DNA of 64,000 nucleotides, from NCBI GenBank assembly GCA_965197925.1, contig CBDAOC010000016.1:64001-128000 (forward strand), read 5' to 3'. Of the stretch, positions 1 to 8,841 are shown piece after piece. Origin of the DNA: Nitrososphaerales archaeon. GTDB lineage: Archaea; Thermoproteota; Nitrososphaeria; Nitrososphaerales; UBA213. Each line of letters starts with the position of its first letter. Within the stretch, counting starts at the first letter, position 1. The translations under genes were made by a program, and so were the position numbers. The notes under the pieces were generated by a model. That model ran no database searches and was not told the origin of the DNA. It saw only the letters and a list, made by a program, of their open reading frames with translations.

Positions 1-2
1 TT

Positions 3-197
3 GTATACCTACACAATGGTAGAGTAATAACTCTAAATGCACAACAAAGACAATGGTGTGCATATGCTCAGAATGTAGGAATAACTACACAACACTGGAC
101 TCTAGATAACATAGAGGCCATATACCGTCTACTACGAACACCGTACCCTACTATGAACATAGTAGATGCAATTATCCCACCTCCAAACATACACTAA
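3..197 (+). CDS. 3' end of a hypothetical protein (truncated by window edge)
   Basis: Frame 3 is open from the window start to TAA at 195-197, just before the RBS of the Ro60 gene. Confidence 0.5.
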   Translation, partial: VYLHNGRVITLNAQQRQWCAYAQNVGITTQHWTLDNIEAIYRLLRTPYPTMNIVDAIIPPPNIH

Positions 198-224
198 CAA
201 ATAAACACAGGAGAAACACAACTT

Positions 225-1889
225 ATGTCATATTTGACACAAGCATTCAACACACCAGCTCCCCAGCGTGAGCCAGAGATGGGGCGTGAACAAGACCAAG
301 TAAAGAACAATGCAGGCGGATACGTATTCCCTGTAACCCCAGAAATACAGCTAGATCGCTTCCTAATCCTAGGTAGCGAAGGTGGTAGTTATTACGCTAG
401 CGAAAGAGCCTTAACCCTAGAGAACGCTAAGAACGCTCTCAACATGGTAAAAGGTGAAAAAGGTATACAAGTAGTCAAGAGAGTTGTAGAACTCGCTCAT
501 GGCCGTGCCCCAAAGATAGGCCCACCCCTATTCGTATTGGCTATGGCTGCTTCCTATGGCAACACTGACACCAGAACTGTAGCATTCGAAGTTCTTCCAC
601 AGGTAGCTCGCACAGCAAGCCATCTGTTCCAGTTCATCGAATATGTAGACAGCATGCGTGGTTGGGGCAGAGCCTTGAAGAATGGTATCAACAACTGGTA
701 CACATCCAAGACTCCAGAAAACCTAGCCTACCAGGTTGTAAAGTACCGCACCAGAAACTCTTGGAGCCACCGAGACGTACTACGAAAGACCCACCCAATG
801 AGCTATGATCACAACAACCTATTCGCCTACTTGACCAACAAGGCATGGACCGAAGAGGATTCGTTGAGCATCGTAAAGGCATATGAAGCAGCGAAAACCA
901 TGGATAGCAAGGAACTTGTTGAACACATCACCAAGCATAGCCTAACCTGGGAAATGCTTCCTACTGAATCCCTACGCGACATGGAGGTATGGCGTGCCAT
1001 GTTACCCGACATGCCTGCCACTGCACTACTTAGAAACTTAGGACGTTTGACCCGCCTAGAACTGCTCAAGCCCCTAAGCGATGAAGCTAGCCAAGTCGCC
1101 GCGAAGTTCTCTAGCGCAGAGTGGGTAAAATACGGTCGTCTGCACCCCTTCAACATCCTTTTGGCGTATTACACATACATCAGAGGACAAGGATACCAGA
1201 GTCGTAACAGTGGCAGAGGCAGAAGTGCCTTCAGTGACCCTTACGGCACTCACAAGCCAGACTGGGAACCAGTACAGTCTGTAGTAGATGCACTTGAAAC
1301 TGCATTCAACCATTCTTTCCAAAATGTAGCACCTACAGGACAAAAGATCTATGTAGGACTGGACGTGTCCGGCTCTATGAGAGCAGAGATCATGGGAACT
1401 CCTATCTCTGCACGTGAAGGTGCCGCCGCACTGGCTTTGTACGTTGCAAAGACAGAGCCTAACTTCCACGTCGCTGCATTCTCAGCTGGTACTCAGTTTA
1501 GTACAAGAAGATTTGTTTCCAGAGGTACTGCAATGGTACCAATGGACTTCTCTTCAAAGGACTCTCTCCAGGACATACTCAGAAAGACAGAAAGACTACC
1601 ATTCGGTGGTACAGACTGTGCTCTTCCAATGATGGATGCTCTTGAAAAGAAGATCGAAGTAGATTGCTTCCTAGTACTAACTGACAGTGAGACATGGGCA
1701 GGCCCCATCCACCCATTCAGAGCCCTAGAAAAGTATCGTGCCGAAATGAATCGTCCAGCTAAGCTGGTGGTTGTAGGCATGACCTCAAACGAGTTTAGTA
1801 TTGCTGATCCTAGTGATGCAGGTATGCTAGACATAGTTGGATTCGACGCTGCAATGCCTAGGCTGATCAGTGATTTCATAACCAACTAA
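225..1889 (+). CDS. rsr: Ro60/TROVE-domain RNA-binding protein (Rsr)
   Basis: NNAGGYVF, LDRFLILGSEGGSYY, GWGRA, WSHRD, ALLRNL, vWA MIDAS DVSGSM, GGTDCALPM, TDSETW and C-terminal DAGMLDIVGFD; AGGAG RBS. Confidence 0.95.
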   Translation: MSYLTQAFNTPAPQREPEMGREQDQVKNNAGGYVFPVTPEIQLDRFLILGSEGGSYYASERALTLENAKNALNMVKGEKGIQVVKRVVELAHGRAPKIGPPLFVLAMAASYGNTDTRTVAFEVLPQVARTASHLFQFIEYVDSMRGWGRALKNGINNWYTSKTPENLAYQVVKYRTRNSWSHRDVLRKTHPMSYDHNNLFAYLTNKAWTEEDSLSIVKAYEAAKTMDSKELVEHITKHSLTWEMLPTESLRDMEVWRAMLPDMPATALLRNLGRLTRLELLKPLSDEASQVAAKFSSAEWVKYGRLHPFNILLAYYTYIRGQGYQSRNSGRGRSAFSDPYGTHKPDWEPVQSVVDALETAFNHSFQNVAPTGQKIYVGLDVSGSMRAEIMGTPISAREGAAALALYVAKTEPNFHVAAFSAGTQFSTRRFVSRGTAMVPMDFSSKDSLQDILRKTERLPFGGTDCALPMMDALEKKIEVDCFLVLTDSETWAGPIHPFRALEKYRAEMNRPAKLVVVGMTSNEFSIADPSDAGMLDIVGFDAAMPRLISDFITN

Positions 1890-1901
1890 TGAAACAAGTA
1901 C

Positions 1902-1934
1902 AGAACGCCCTAGTTACTAAAATTAGGGCGTTCT
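1902..1934 (+). terminator. Hairpin after rsr (probable terminator, weak U-tract)
   Basis: AGAACGCCCTAG...TTAGGGCGTTCT inverted repeat 12 nt after the stop codon. Confidence 0.6.
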
Positions 1935-1958
1935 TGAATAAACGAGCGAAAATAAGAA

Positions 1959-3788
1959 ATGAACGATGTATCTTCCATATCATGGAGCAAGCTAATAGAG
2001 AGCCCTCCATCATTAGTACCTACAGATAGCCTTCCACATTATAAAGAAGCCATACGAGACACAGACCAAGCAATAATAGCACATAAAAATGACACAATAA
2101 TAGGCCTAGACATAGAAACCACAGGATTAAGACATTGGGATGATGAGATACGCGTAGTACAAATGTATGGCTATCCTTCTAACAAACTATCCATACTACA
2201 CTTTCCAGACGGAGAGTTACCTACGCAGCTCATCAACTGGATGAACAGTATGAAGTCCACAATATGGTTAGGCCATAGAATATTATCTTTCGATGCTAGA
2301 TTCTTCCATGCATACGGAGTAAATGTAGGTCAATTACATTTTTGGGATACACTACTAGTTGAAGGAATAGTAAATGCACAACATCGTAAAGAAGTATTCA
2401 GAACAACGAATGATCTACCAGCACTAGCACAACGATACTTAAACATACACTTACCTAAGATCATTGATCATAGTAGCTGGCAAAGTACCTTATTCCCATA
2501 TCTAAACGATGAGCAATTAAAGTATGCAGCCGACGATGTTATACATCTAACCAATATATTAGCTAAACAAATAGAACTATTACAGGAAGATAATTCCAAA
2601 CGTACCACAAGTTTTGAGCTATATACAGCCGTACCAGTATTATACATGGCAACCCGAGGTCTACCAATTGACCGCTCTAGATTTGCCGACTTCACTAAAG
2701 ACAATAGCACACGTCTACTAAAAGCCAGAAGAAATGTACAAGAACATTGGAGAGGCAATCCAGATTCACCACCTCAAGTACTAAAATTCCTAAAGTCATT
2801 AGGAATAAAAGTAGAATCAACTGGTGCACAGATACTCAAAGATGAATATGGTAAAACTCTACACCCATTTCTACGTGCCTTACTAGATCATAGAAAAGCA
2901 TCTAGTTTACACAAGTATAACTCTAAATGGTTACAGACATGGATGACCAGAGACGGAACAATACAGTCTAGTTATAACACAACTGGAACAGATACATATA
3001 GATTATCTAGTAGAGAACCCAACGCGCAAAACTACCCACACGAAATACGACAAATATTCGGCCATCCAACTGAATGGATGGTAGTAGTAGACTACAGTAC
3101 TGTAGAGATGCGCATAGCTGCTGCCCATACACAAGACAAACTAATGTTACGAAGGTTTGATGAAGGCATAGACATTCATAAAACCACAGCAGCAGCCCTA
3201 TTCAATAAACATGAAGACAACGTAACAAAAGACGAAAGACAAGCGGCTAAAGCTGCCAACTTTGCCATGATATTCGGTGGTGGCCCAGGTGCCATTATAA
3301 GACAGGCACAAAAGATGGAACTAGATCCTATAAATGAAGAAGAAGCCGCTAGAATGCGTGATAGATTTTTCACATTGTACGAGGATATGAGAGAGTTCCA
3401 CGGGGATTTAAACTCTAAAATAAAGAGTCTACCTTCAACAGGAATAGACTATTTAGAACTTCCTATAGGCCCGTTTGGTCACAGTAGACAACTACGTGAT
3501 GAGAACCTAAAAATAACAACAGCTTTAAACACTCCTATCCAAGGACAAGCTGCTATAGGTATGAAAATGACATTCATACTTGTAGCCAAGCAATACCCTG
3601 AACTACTACCATACCTTGCTGCCAATGTTCACGACGAAATCATATTAACTGGTTTAACAAGTGAAACACACGCAGATGAATACAGAATAAAATTACAAGA
3701 TGCAATGATACGTGGTATGGCAGAAGTACGCCCCGGAGTAAAATACGAAGCCGAAGGTAAAGTTATACATTACTGGAACGAAAAATAA
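1959..3788 (+). CDS. polA: Family A DNA polymerase with 3'-5' exonuclease domain
   Basis: ExoI DIETTGL, ExoIII YAADD, RLSSREPNAQN, motif A DYSTVEMR, motif B RQAAKAANF, motif C VHDEI. Confidence 0.95.
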   Translation: MNDVSSISWSKLIESPPSLVPTDSLPHYKEAIRDTDQAIIAHKNDTIIGLDIETTGLRHWDDEIRVVQMYGYPSNKLSILHFPDGELPTQLINWMNSMKSTIWLGHRILSFDARFFHAYGVNVGQLHFWDTLLVEGIVNAQHRKEVFRTTNDLPALAQRYLNIHLPKIIDHSSWQSTLFPYLNDEQLKYAADDVIHLTNILAKQIELLQEDNSKRTTSFELYTAVPVLYMATRGLPIDRSRFADFTKDNSTRLLKARRNVQEHWRGNPDSPPQVLKFLKSLGIKVESTGAQILKDEYGKTLHPFLRALLDHRKASSLHKYNSKWLQTWMTRDGTIQSSYNTTGTDTYRLSSREPNAQNYPHEIRQIFGHPTEWMVVVDYSTVEMRIAAAHTQDKLMLRRFDEGIDIHKTTAAALFNKHEDNVTKDERQAAKAANFAMIFGGGPGAIIRQAQKMELDPINEEEAARMRDRFFTLYEDMREFHGDLNSKIKSLPSTGIDYLELPIGPFGHSRQLRDENLKITTALNTPIQGQAAIGMKMTFILVAKQYPELLPYLAANVHDEIILTGLTSETHADEYRIKLQDAMIRGMAEVRPGVKYEAEGKVIHYWNEK

Positions 3789-4418
3789 ATGCCCTACGAA
3801 CTACAAATTAGATCAACGAATATACTTCCAAACCTAACAGACTCATTAAGAAATAAAATGTCTCCTTACTTAAATTCCACGGTTAGAGTAAGCCAATATT
3901 ACAGAGGAGATAAAATACCCGCTAACGAAGGTATAAAGTACCCCTACTTCCTATCAGAAAACTTATGTCTAGTTTTACCTAAATATATATCTGCACAAAA
4001 AAGTACAATGATATGCACCGCACTAGCTGAAAATTATAGAAACAAAATACTACAATACTTTCTAGACTTATGTGAACAAAACTTAAGACCAAAAGATATA
4101 AACGTAGGAAAACTAGAGGAAATACAAAAAAATATACAATACAAAACAAATCAGAATAGAATATATGCCTTAACTCATACTCCTGCCCTAATACATCCTA
4201 GTATTATATCGAGCCAGTTACCAGATGAAGTTACCTCCAAAAGTCACATATTCACTACAAACAGCCTTAGAAATACCGCTCCATTAATAATATCATATAC
4301 ACCAACACTATATGAAGAGACAGAGGAACCTCATATGTTAGCTGTAAAATCTACATTAACATTTGAAGTAGTCACAGACTTTACTGATACAGTATACATA
4401 AGAGCACCAATAAACTAA
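3789..4418 (+). CDS. hypothetical protein
   Basis: 209-aa ORF abutting polA and overlapping the next start. Confidence 0.6.
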   Translation: MPYELQIRSTNILPNLTDSLRNKMSPYLNSTVRVSQYYRGDKIPANEGIKYPYFLSENLCLVLPKYISAQKSTMICTALAENYRNKILQYFLDLCEQNLRPKDINVGKLEEIQKNIQYKTNQNRIYALTHTPALIHPSIISSQLPDEVTSKSHIFTTNSLRNTAPLIISYTPTLYEETEEPHMLAVKSTLTFEVVTDFTDTVYIRAPIN

Positions 4419-5326
4419 TGCCACCTACCTCACTAAACCTAGGCGTAATGATCGCCGCTGGAATCCTAGGAACAGATGGACTAGGAACCGGATTATCACA
4501 TACTATAAAAAATGAACTCGATAATTTCAAGTACATCGTAACTAAATCACTAACGAATTATCCAACCAGCGGAACCCCACAACCCAATCATACAGGTAGA
4601 AACCGATATCAACTAGAAGGAGTTACATTAAATAATGTAAACCTCCGTAATATGGGATCTTGGATAAGCACTGATAGAATAAATTCACTTGCAAAACAAC
4701 TAAATTCAGCAAGACTAGTTGCAAGTATAGCCGTACAGAGTCCGACTGATATAACGAGATACGGATTCACCACATTAATGAGCACACTACTAAACCATGC
4801 AGCCGTAGACACAATAGAAATTAATCTAGGCTGCCATCTACTGTATAACGCCTTTACAATTCCGAACAACCATGCAGAACGTATGGCTGAACACTTACGT
4901 ATATTTTTAAAAGAGACAATAACTAAACGAGAAACTATAAAACCCATATGGTTGAAACTGCCGCCAGACCCACACTTTACTCGTAGCATAGTAGAAGATG
5001 CAGAACTATTAGACCTATGCTCGTTAGTAATATCCAACAGTTACGCAGGAAAGATATACGACAACAACATCGAGCATAAAACTAATGTACTTCAAAGTGG
5101 AATCGGAGTAAGTGTGAACGCTATGAAATACATGAACTACAAATTAATAGAAGATATGCGTAAACAGATAAAAGATAGTATAAACATTATAGGATGTGGT
5201 GGAATTTCAGCTACACAAGATGTTCAAGACTACATGACTGCTGGAGTAAATGGTGTACAAATAGGTAGTCTATTCTTACATCAACCTGAAACAGCAATAG
5301 CAATAGCACGAGCATTCACACAATAA
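4418..5326 (+). CDS. pyrD: Dihydroorotate dehydrogenase-like FMN TIM-barrel protein
   Basis: AAG, VTKS, EINLGC, WLKLPP, ISN, IIGCGGI and VQIGS follow family 1 DHOD motif order; divergent. Confidence 0.75.
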   Translation: MPPTSLNLGVMIAAGILGTDGLGTGLSHTIKNELDNFKYIVTKSLTNYPTSGTPQPNHTGRNRYQLEGVTLNNVNLRNMGSWISTDRINSLAKQLNSARLVASIAVQSPTDITRYGFTTLMSTLLNHAAVDTIEINLGCHLLYNAFTIPNNHAERMAEHLRIFLKETITKRETIKPIWLKLPPDPHFTRSIVEDAELLDLCSLVISNSYAGKIYDNNIEHKTNVLQSGIGVSVNAMKYMNYKLIEDMRKQIKDSINIIGCGGISATQDVQDYMTAGVNGVQIGSLFLHQPETAIAIARAFTQ

Positions 5327-5332
5327 CACACC

Positions 5333-5563
5333 ATGTATACACGACCACCTAAACCACCTTGGACTATACGTGATGCGTGTTTACAAACATGGCAAATAAC
5401 CCACAATGCACACAAAGTCTATGTATGGAGCACTTCTACTAACTTCAGAGTAATGAAGACGCCTACATCATTTGACGCTATAAGCATATGCGAATCAATA
5501 GAAGCAGCGTTTCAAGCAGCTATGTTTTATCTAGCCCATTATGCGTTAGAAGATACACCTTAG
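5333..5563 (+). CDS. hypothetical protein
   Basis: 76-aa ORF in operon context. Confidence 0.5.
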   Translation: MYTRPPKPPWTIRDACLQTWQITHNAHKVYVWSTSTNFRVMKTPTSFDAISICESIEAAFQAAMFYLAHYALEDTP

Positions 5564-5792
5564 CTCTTTGCAACACACTAGGCTTTTCTCTAGCCATACC
5601 TAATAGTTTATTACAGGATGAGCATAGCAACCCACGAACCTCACCGGTATCGTGATTATGATCGACAACTAGACCATACGAAGATTCTTGGCATACGGCA
5701 CACGCGTAGTCCTGAGCCTGCAACAATGCCAAGAACTCCTCCTGGCTCAATCCATACCTGCTCTTTATCTTATACCAATCACGCTTTATCAT
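5520..5792 (-). CDS. Endonuclease VII-family (His-Me) nuclease
   Basis: YGLS...Q..CAVC...VVDHNHDTGEVRGLLCSSCN signature; AAGGA RBS and TGGTATTCT extended -10 upstream on the - strand. Confidence 0.85.
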   Translation of the reverse strand: MIKRDWYKIKSRYGLSQEEFLALLQAQDYACAVCQESSYGLVVDHNHDTGEVRGLLCSSCNKLLGMAREKPSVLQRAKVYLLTHNGLDKT

Positions 5793-5857
5793 TTAAATTC
5801 CTTATGTGTATGTAATGACTACTAGAATACCATAAAAATAAAGGACATGCAAAACAT

Positions 5858-6268
5858 ATGAAATGGATACTACCAACAATAGTAGGCCTAGCATTAGCAG
5901 CAATAATTATTGGAGCGGTTGCAGTAATCACACTATCTATACACGACTGGAACGACACTCACAACGAAACCCTTACAAATAATGTAGACACTGCTGCATA
6001 TATGGATGCACAAACCATACTAAATGCAGTATCGTATAACCTAGATGAACGAAACACGTTTTGCAATACGTGGAACACATTAAAATTAAATGCTAAAAGT
6101 TACACAAAAGCCGCAGGTACTCTACATAGAATATTTGCAGAACGTGACAGAGTAAAACAGCATGGACTAATACTAAACTCTACAAGTGGCAAAGCTATGA
6201 ACAGATTAGGTACACAACTAGATGAGCACTGTGCAACCATACAATTAGAAAAATATAGTGTACAATAG
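5858..6268 (+). CDS. Membrane-anchored hypothetical protein
   Basis: N-terminal hydrophobic helix, AAGGA RBS. Confidence 0.6.
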   Translation: MKWILPTIVGLALAAIIIGAVAVITLSIHDWNDTHNETLTNNVDTAAYMDAQTILNAVSYNLDERNTFCNTWNTLKLNAKSYTKAAGTLHRIFAERDRVKQHGLILNSTSGKAMNRLGTQLDEHCATIQLEKYSVQ

Positions 6269-6281
6269 ATATACAACACAC

Positions 6282-6356
6282 GCTTCGATAGTGTAATGGC
6301 TAACACATTGGTCTCCAAAACCAACGATCTGGGTTCGAATCCTAGTCGGAGTGCCA
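6282..6356 (+). tRNA. tRNA-Trp(CCA)
   Basis: GCTTCGA/TCGGAGT acceptor, TTGGT-CTCCAAA-ACCAA anticodon arm, GGTTCGAATCC, encoded CCA. Confidence 0.9.
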
Positions 6357-6357
6357 C

Positions 6358-6433
6358 TGTCCCGTAGCATAATTGGTAGTGCACCTTGCTGTTAACAAGA
6401 TGATTGCAGGTTCGAATCCTGCCGGGACAGCCA
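6358..6433 (+). tRNA. tRNA-Asn(GTT), U1-A72/G73 type
   Basis: TGTCCCG/CGGGACA acceptor, CTGTTAA loop, GGTTCGAATCC, GCCA end. Confidence 0.9.
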
Positions 6434-6453
6434 TATTTTTAAAAGGATAACAC

Positions 6454-6696
6454 ATGCCTGTACAAAATTTAAGAAAAGAAGTAGAGACCGCACTATTAGA
6501 TTTATTGAAAGACCCATTTGCAAGATACGTAGATGACAAACCCTTTACAAACTTATTTGGCCTATTTAAAACCCATTCCAATGAAATAAAAAGTATACTC
6601 CTAGAAAATAAATACATAGATAAAAATGGTGCTCTAACAAAAGATGGCAGAGAATACGCAAAAATGGTCAAATCAGAACAAAGTACTTCAATGTAG
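6454..6696 (+). CDS. hypothetical protein (possible winged-helix-like C-terminus)
   Basis: AAGGA RBS; LLENKYID..G.LTKDGREY pattern. Confidence 0.55.
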   Translation: MPVQNLRKEVETALLDLLKDPFARYVDDKPFTNLFGLFKTHSNEIKSILLENKYIDKNGALTKDGREYAKMVKSEQSTSM

Positions 6697-7165
6697 TAAA
6701 TGTAAAAAATATAAATCACTCAATTCATTTCATACAACAAACGCAGTAAGCCACAAAAACAGAAATTTCAAACACTACCTTTGTAAAACGTGTGTTTTAG
6801 CTAAAATAAAAACTATAAGAAAAATAAATCAACAAAATAATTTATGCAGTTGTAAAAGTGGAGATAGTCGATTATATATAAATAAAGAAATAAGTTCCAC
6901 CTACTGTTCCAAATGTTACATATATAACCGAGTACGAAATTGGAAAAGAGTTGGCATACAACTATCTTTTGATACATATTACAACATGATAGAATGTCAA
7001 GGATACATCTGCCTAATATGCTTACAGAACATACCTATAACCGCAGCACACGTAGATCACAACCATAAAACAAATATAATACGTGGTATACTTTGTAATA
7101 GATGCAACACGCATTTAGAATTCGTAGAAACACATTACGAAAAAATAGTAAAATACTTAACCTAA
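6644..7165 (+). CDS. Endonuclease VII-family putative homing endonuclease with N-terminal Zn motifs
   Basis: CSKC, CKTC, CLIC, HVDHNHKTNIIRGILCNRCN. Confidence 0.85.
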   Translation: MAENTQKWSNQNKVLQCSKCKKYKSLNSFHTTNAVSHKNRNFKHYLCKTCVLAKIKTIRKINQQNNLCSCKSGDSRLYINKEISSTYCSKCYIYNRVRNWKRVGIQLSFDTYYNMIECQGYICLICLQNIPITAAHVDHNHKTNIIRGILCNRCNTHLEFVETHYEKIVKYLT

Positions 7166-7166
7166 T

Positions 7167-7243
7167 GCCTGGGTTGCTTAAAGGTAAAGCTTAAAGTACC
7201 TCACGAAAACTTGTTGCGGGTTCGAGTCCTGTCCCAGGCACCA
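7167..7243 (+). tRNA. tRNA-like gene with aberrant anticodon arm (closest reading Val-CAC)
   Basis: Perfect GCCTGGG/CCCAGGC acceptor, GCTT/AAGC D stem, GGTTCGAGTCC T arm and ACCA end, but the anticodon arm is AAGT/ACTT around an 11-nt loop. Confidence 0.65.
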
Positions 7244-7249
7244 TTAACA

Positions 7250-7405
7250 ATGAAACATATGATGAACGGTATACTAACTACAAAAAGACAATGGTCTACT
7301 TACAATCAATTGATACTACATCTACAACACAGTATGTGGGATCACCATAGACCAATAAATAGATATCTTCTAAGACTACACAACAAATTAGCAATGGATC
7401 GGTAG
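7250..7405 (+). CDS. small hypothetical protein, stop codon inside next tRNA
   Basis: ATG at 7250, 51 aa, ends YLLRLHNKLAMDR. Confidence 0.4.
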   Translation: MKHMMNGILTTKRQWSTYNQLILHLQHSMWDHHRPINRYLLRLHNKLAMDR

Positions 7406-7471
7406 CTCCAATGGTAGAGCATTCGGCTGTTAACTGAAAGTGTGTGGGTTCGACCCCCACCCGATCCTCCA
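7396..7471 (+). tRNA. tRNA-Asn(GTT), G1-C72/U73 variant
   Basis: GGATCGG/CCGATCC acceptor, TTCGG-CTGTTAA-CTGAA anticodon arm, GGTTCGACCCC, TCCA end. Confidence 0.85.
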
Positions 7472-7603
7472 TTATATTGAATACACCAAACTACACTTTT
7501 AAAGTAAAACAAATTCAACAGTATCTTAATAGTAGTGCAAACCCAAACGTTGCAAACTTCAGCTTAGCATATATACTACTGTGGATCCATACAACATTAG
7601 CAC

Positions 7604-7783
7604 ATGACAACAACACGAAAAATTAATGGAACATATGCAATCAAATCAACACGCAACTGGTGGCTCGACGAAGATTTATACCAAGCAAAGCAACGTATTC
7701 ATTACTATCTAACACGTAGAAATGTTGTATGGAATCTATCAACAAGACTACTAGAAATACACACAGTATATATGAGACTATAA
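7604..7783 (+). CDS. small hypothetical protein (MTTT start), below ORF-track cutoff
   Basis: Translated by hand, 59 aa: MTTTRKINGTYAIKSTRNWW...RLLEIHTVYMRL. Confidence 0.45.
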   Translation: MTTTRKINGTYAIKSTRNWWLDEDLYQAKQRIHYYLTRRNVVWNLSTRLLEIHTVYMRL

Positions 7784-8001
7784 TTAATAATCACGATCAC
7801 AACGAACACAAACCCATACCAGTAGGAGACCTATTATTATGCGCATGTGGAAAAAGCAACACTGAATGCCATCCATGTAGGCACCCAAATGAAAACTGCT
7901 ACTACAAAGATGTAGGTTGTCAACATCCTAAACGATGTGAGGCTATCGCTGGACCATACCTAAATGACAACAACAAGAATAACCGCTTACACACTACTTA
8001 A
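7729..8001 (+). CDS. Cys/His-rich small protein (start uncertain)
   Basis: CACG, CHPCRH and CYY...CQHPKRC clusters. Confidence 0.45.
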   Translation: MESINKTTRNTHSIYETIINNHDHNEHKPIPVGDLLLCACGKSNTECHPCRHPNENCYYKDVGCQHPKRCEAIAGPYLNDNNKNNRLHTT

Positions 8002-8146
8002 TATCAATAAATTTACATTTATGGTACTACGAAAGAGCAACACACCTTTTGCAACGCGAGCTTTAGAAACTTCAATAGCATACTGTCCATGTAATCCTAT
8101 AAACAGTTACTACGAAACTCCTAACAATGACAACAACACATTATAA
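7964..8146 (+). CDS. small protein, paralogue of 8127-8339
   Basis: MTTT start; LRKSNTPFATRALETSIAYCPC. Confidence 0.55.
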   Translation: MTTTRITAYTLLNINKFTFMVLRKSNTPFATRALETSIAYCPCNPINSYYETPNNDNNTL

Positions 8147-8339
8147 ACAACCATCAACAACCACCCCATATAGATCTGACCTATTTGGTGTACTTACAGA
8201 TAATATGTTAAAAAGATTACGAGCAAACTCCTCAATATTTGCAAACCTAGCATTAAAAACATCAAAAGTACACTGTCCATGTAGAGCAACAAAACTACAA
8301 GATGATTGGACACAAAGACACCTATATTTACGCTTATGA
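8127..8339 (+). CDS. small protein, paralogue of 7964-8146
   Basis: MTTT start; LRANSSIFANLALKTSKVHCPC. Confidence 0.55.
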   Translation: MTTTHYKQPSTTTPYRSDLFGVLTDNMLKRLRANSSIFANLALKTSKVHCPCRATKLQDDWTQRHLYLRL

Positions 8340-8479
8340 AACCTCCATACCTATACGCACACTATTCATCAGAAGAATGGTACCAACTAACATATCTATA
8401 CCAAACACTGGCTAGATCTAAAACCCATTTAAGTGCAATATCAGCATATCTTCTATACCTAAGAAGACGTATACACTAA
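8336..8479 (+). CDS. small hypothetical protein
   Basis: ATGA overlap with the previous stop; 47 aa ending AYLLYLRRRIH. Confidence 0.4.
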   Translation: MKPPYLYAHYSSEEWYQLTYLYQTLARSKTHLSAISAYLLYLRRRIH

Positions 8480-8487
8480 ACTTATTA

Positions 8488-8808
8488 ATGCCACCAAGAT
8501 TTAACACAGAAGCATTGACCTTCTATCTAGAAACACTACCTTGCGGATACACAATTTACAAAGATACAATGTTACAAAATAAGAATGCAATACATACTCC
8601 GTCTACATGTACAAACTGTAAAAAGGGACAATTCCCAATAATACTACATGCCTATACAGGCTTCTGCAACCGGGATAAATGTACATATGAAACAAAACCT
8701 AATCAGTTCCATATAGTAACGGAAGAAATGAAAGAACACGCTACTACCATACACAAACCTATGAAAGGTAGACCGCGTACCACCACCAAAAAGAAAGACG
8801 CTCCCTAA
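8488..8808 (+). CDS. hypothetical Cys-containing protein
   Basis: 106 aa with CTNC and CNRDKC, basic tail. Confidence 0.55.
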   Translation: MPPRFNTEALTFYLETLPCGYTIYKDTMLQNKNAIHTPSTCTNCKKGQFPIILHAYTGFCNRDKCTYETKPNQFHIVTEEMKEHATTIHKPMKGRPRTTTKKKDAP

Positions 8809-8822
8809 ACAGAGAGCGTCTA
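8787..8822 (-). terminator. Rho-independent terminator for nrdJ
   Basis: On the - strand AAGACGCTCTCT-GTTT-AGGGAGCGTCTT followed by TCTTTTT. Confidence 0.7.
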
Positions 8823-8841
8823 CATATTAGATGTGAGCAAT

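Noticed and set aside
1..224. Y RNA (YrlA-like) directly upstream of rsr
   Set aside because: The region is an open reading frame to 197 with no T-arm motif; a Y RNA could still lie outside the window
8795..8822. Third member of the AGAACG hairpin family
   Set aside because: Has a proper U-tract on the - strand and is explained as the nrdJ terminator
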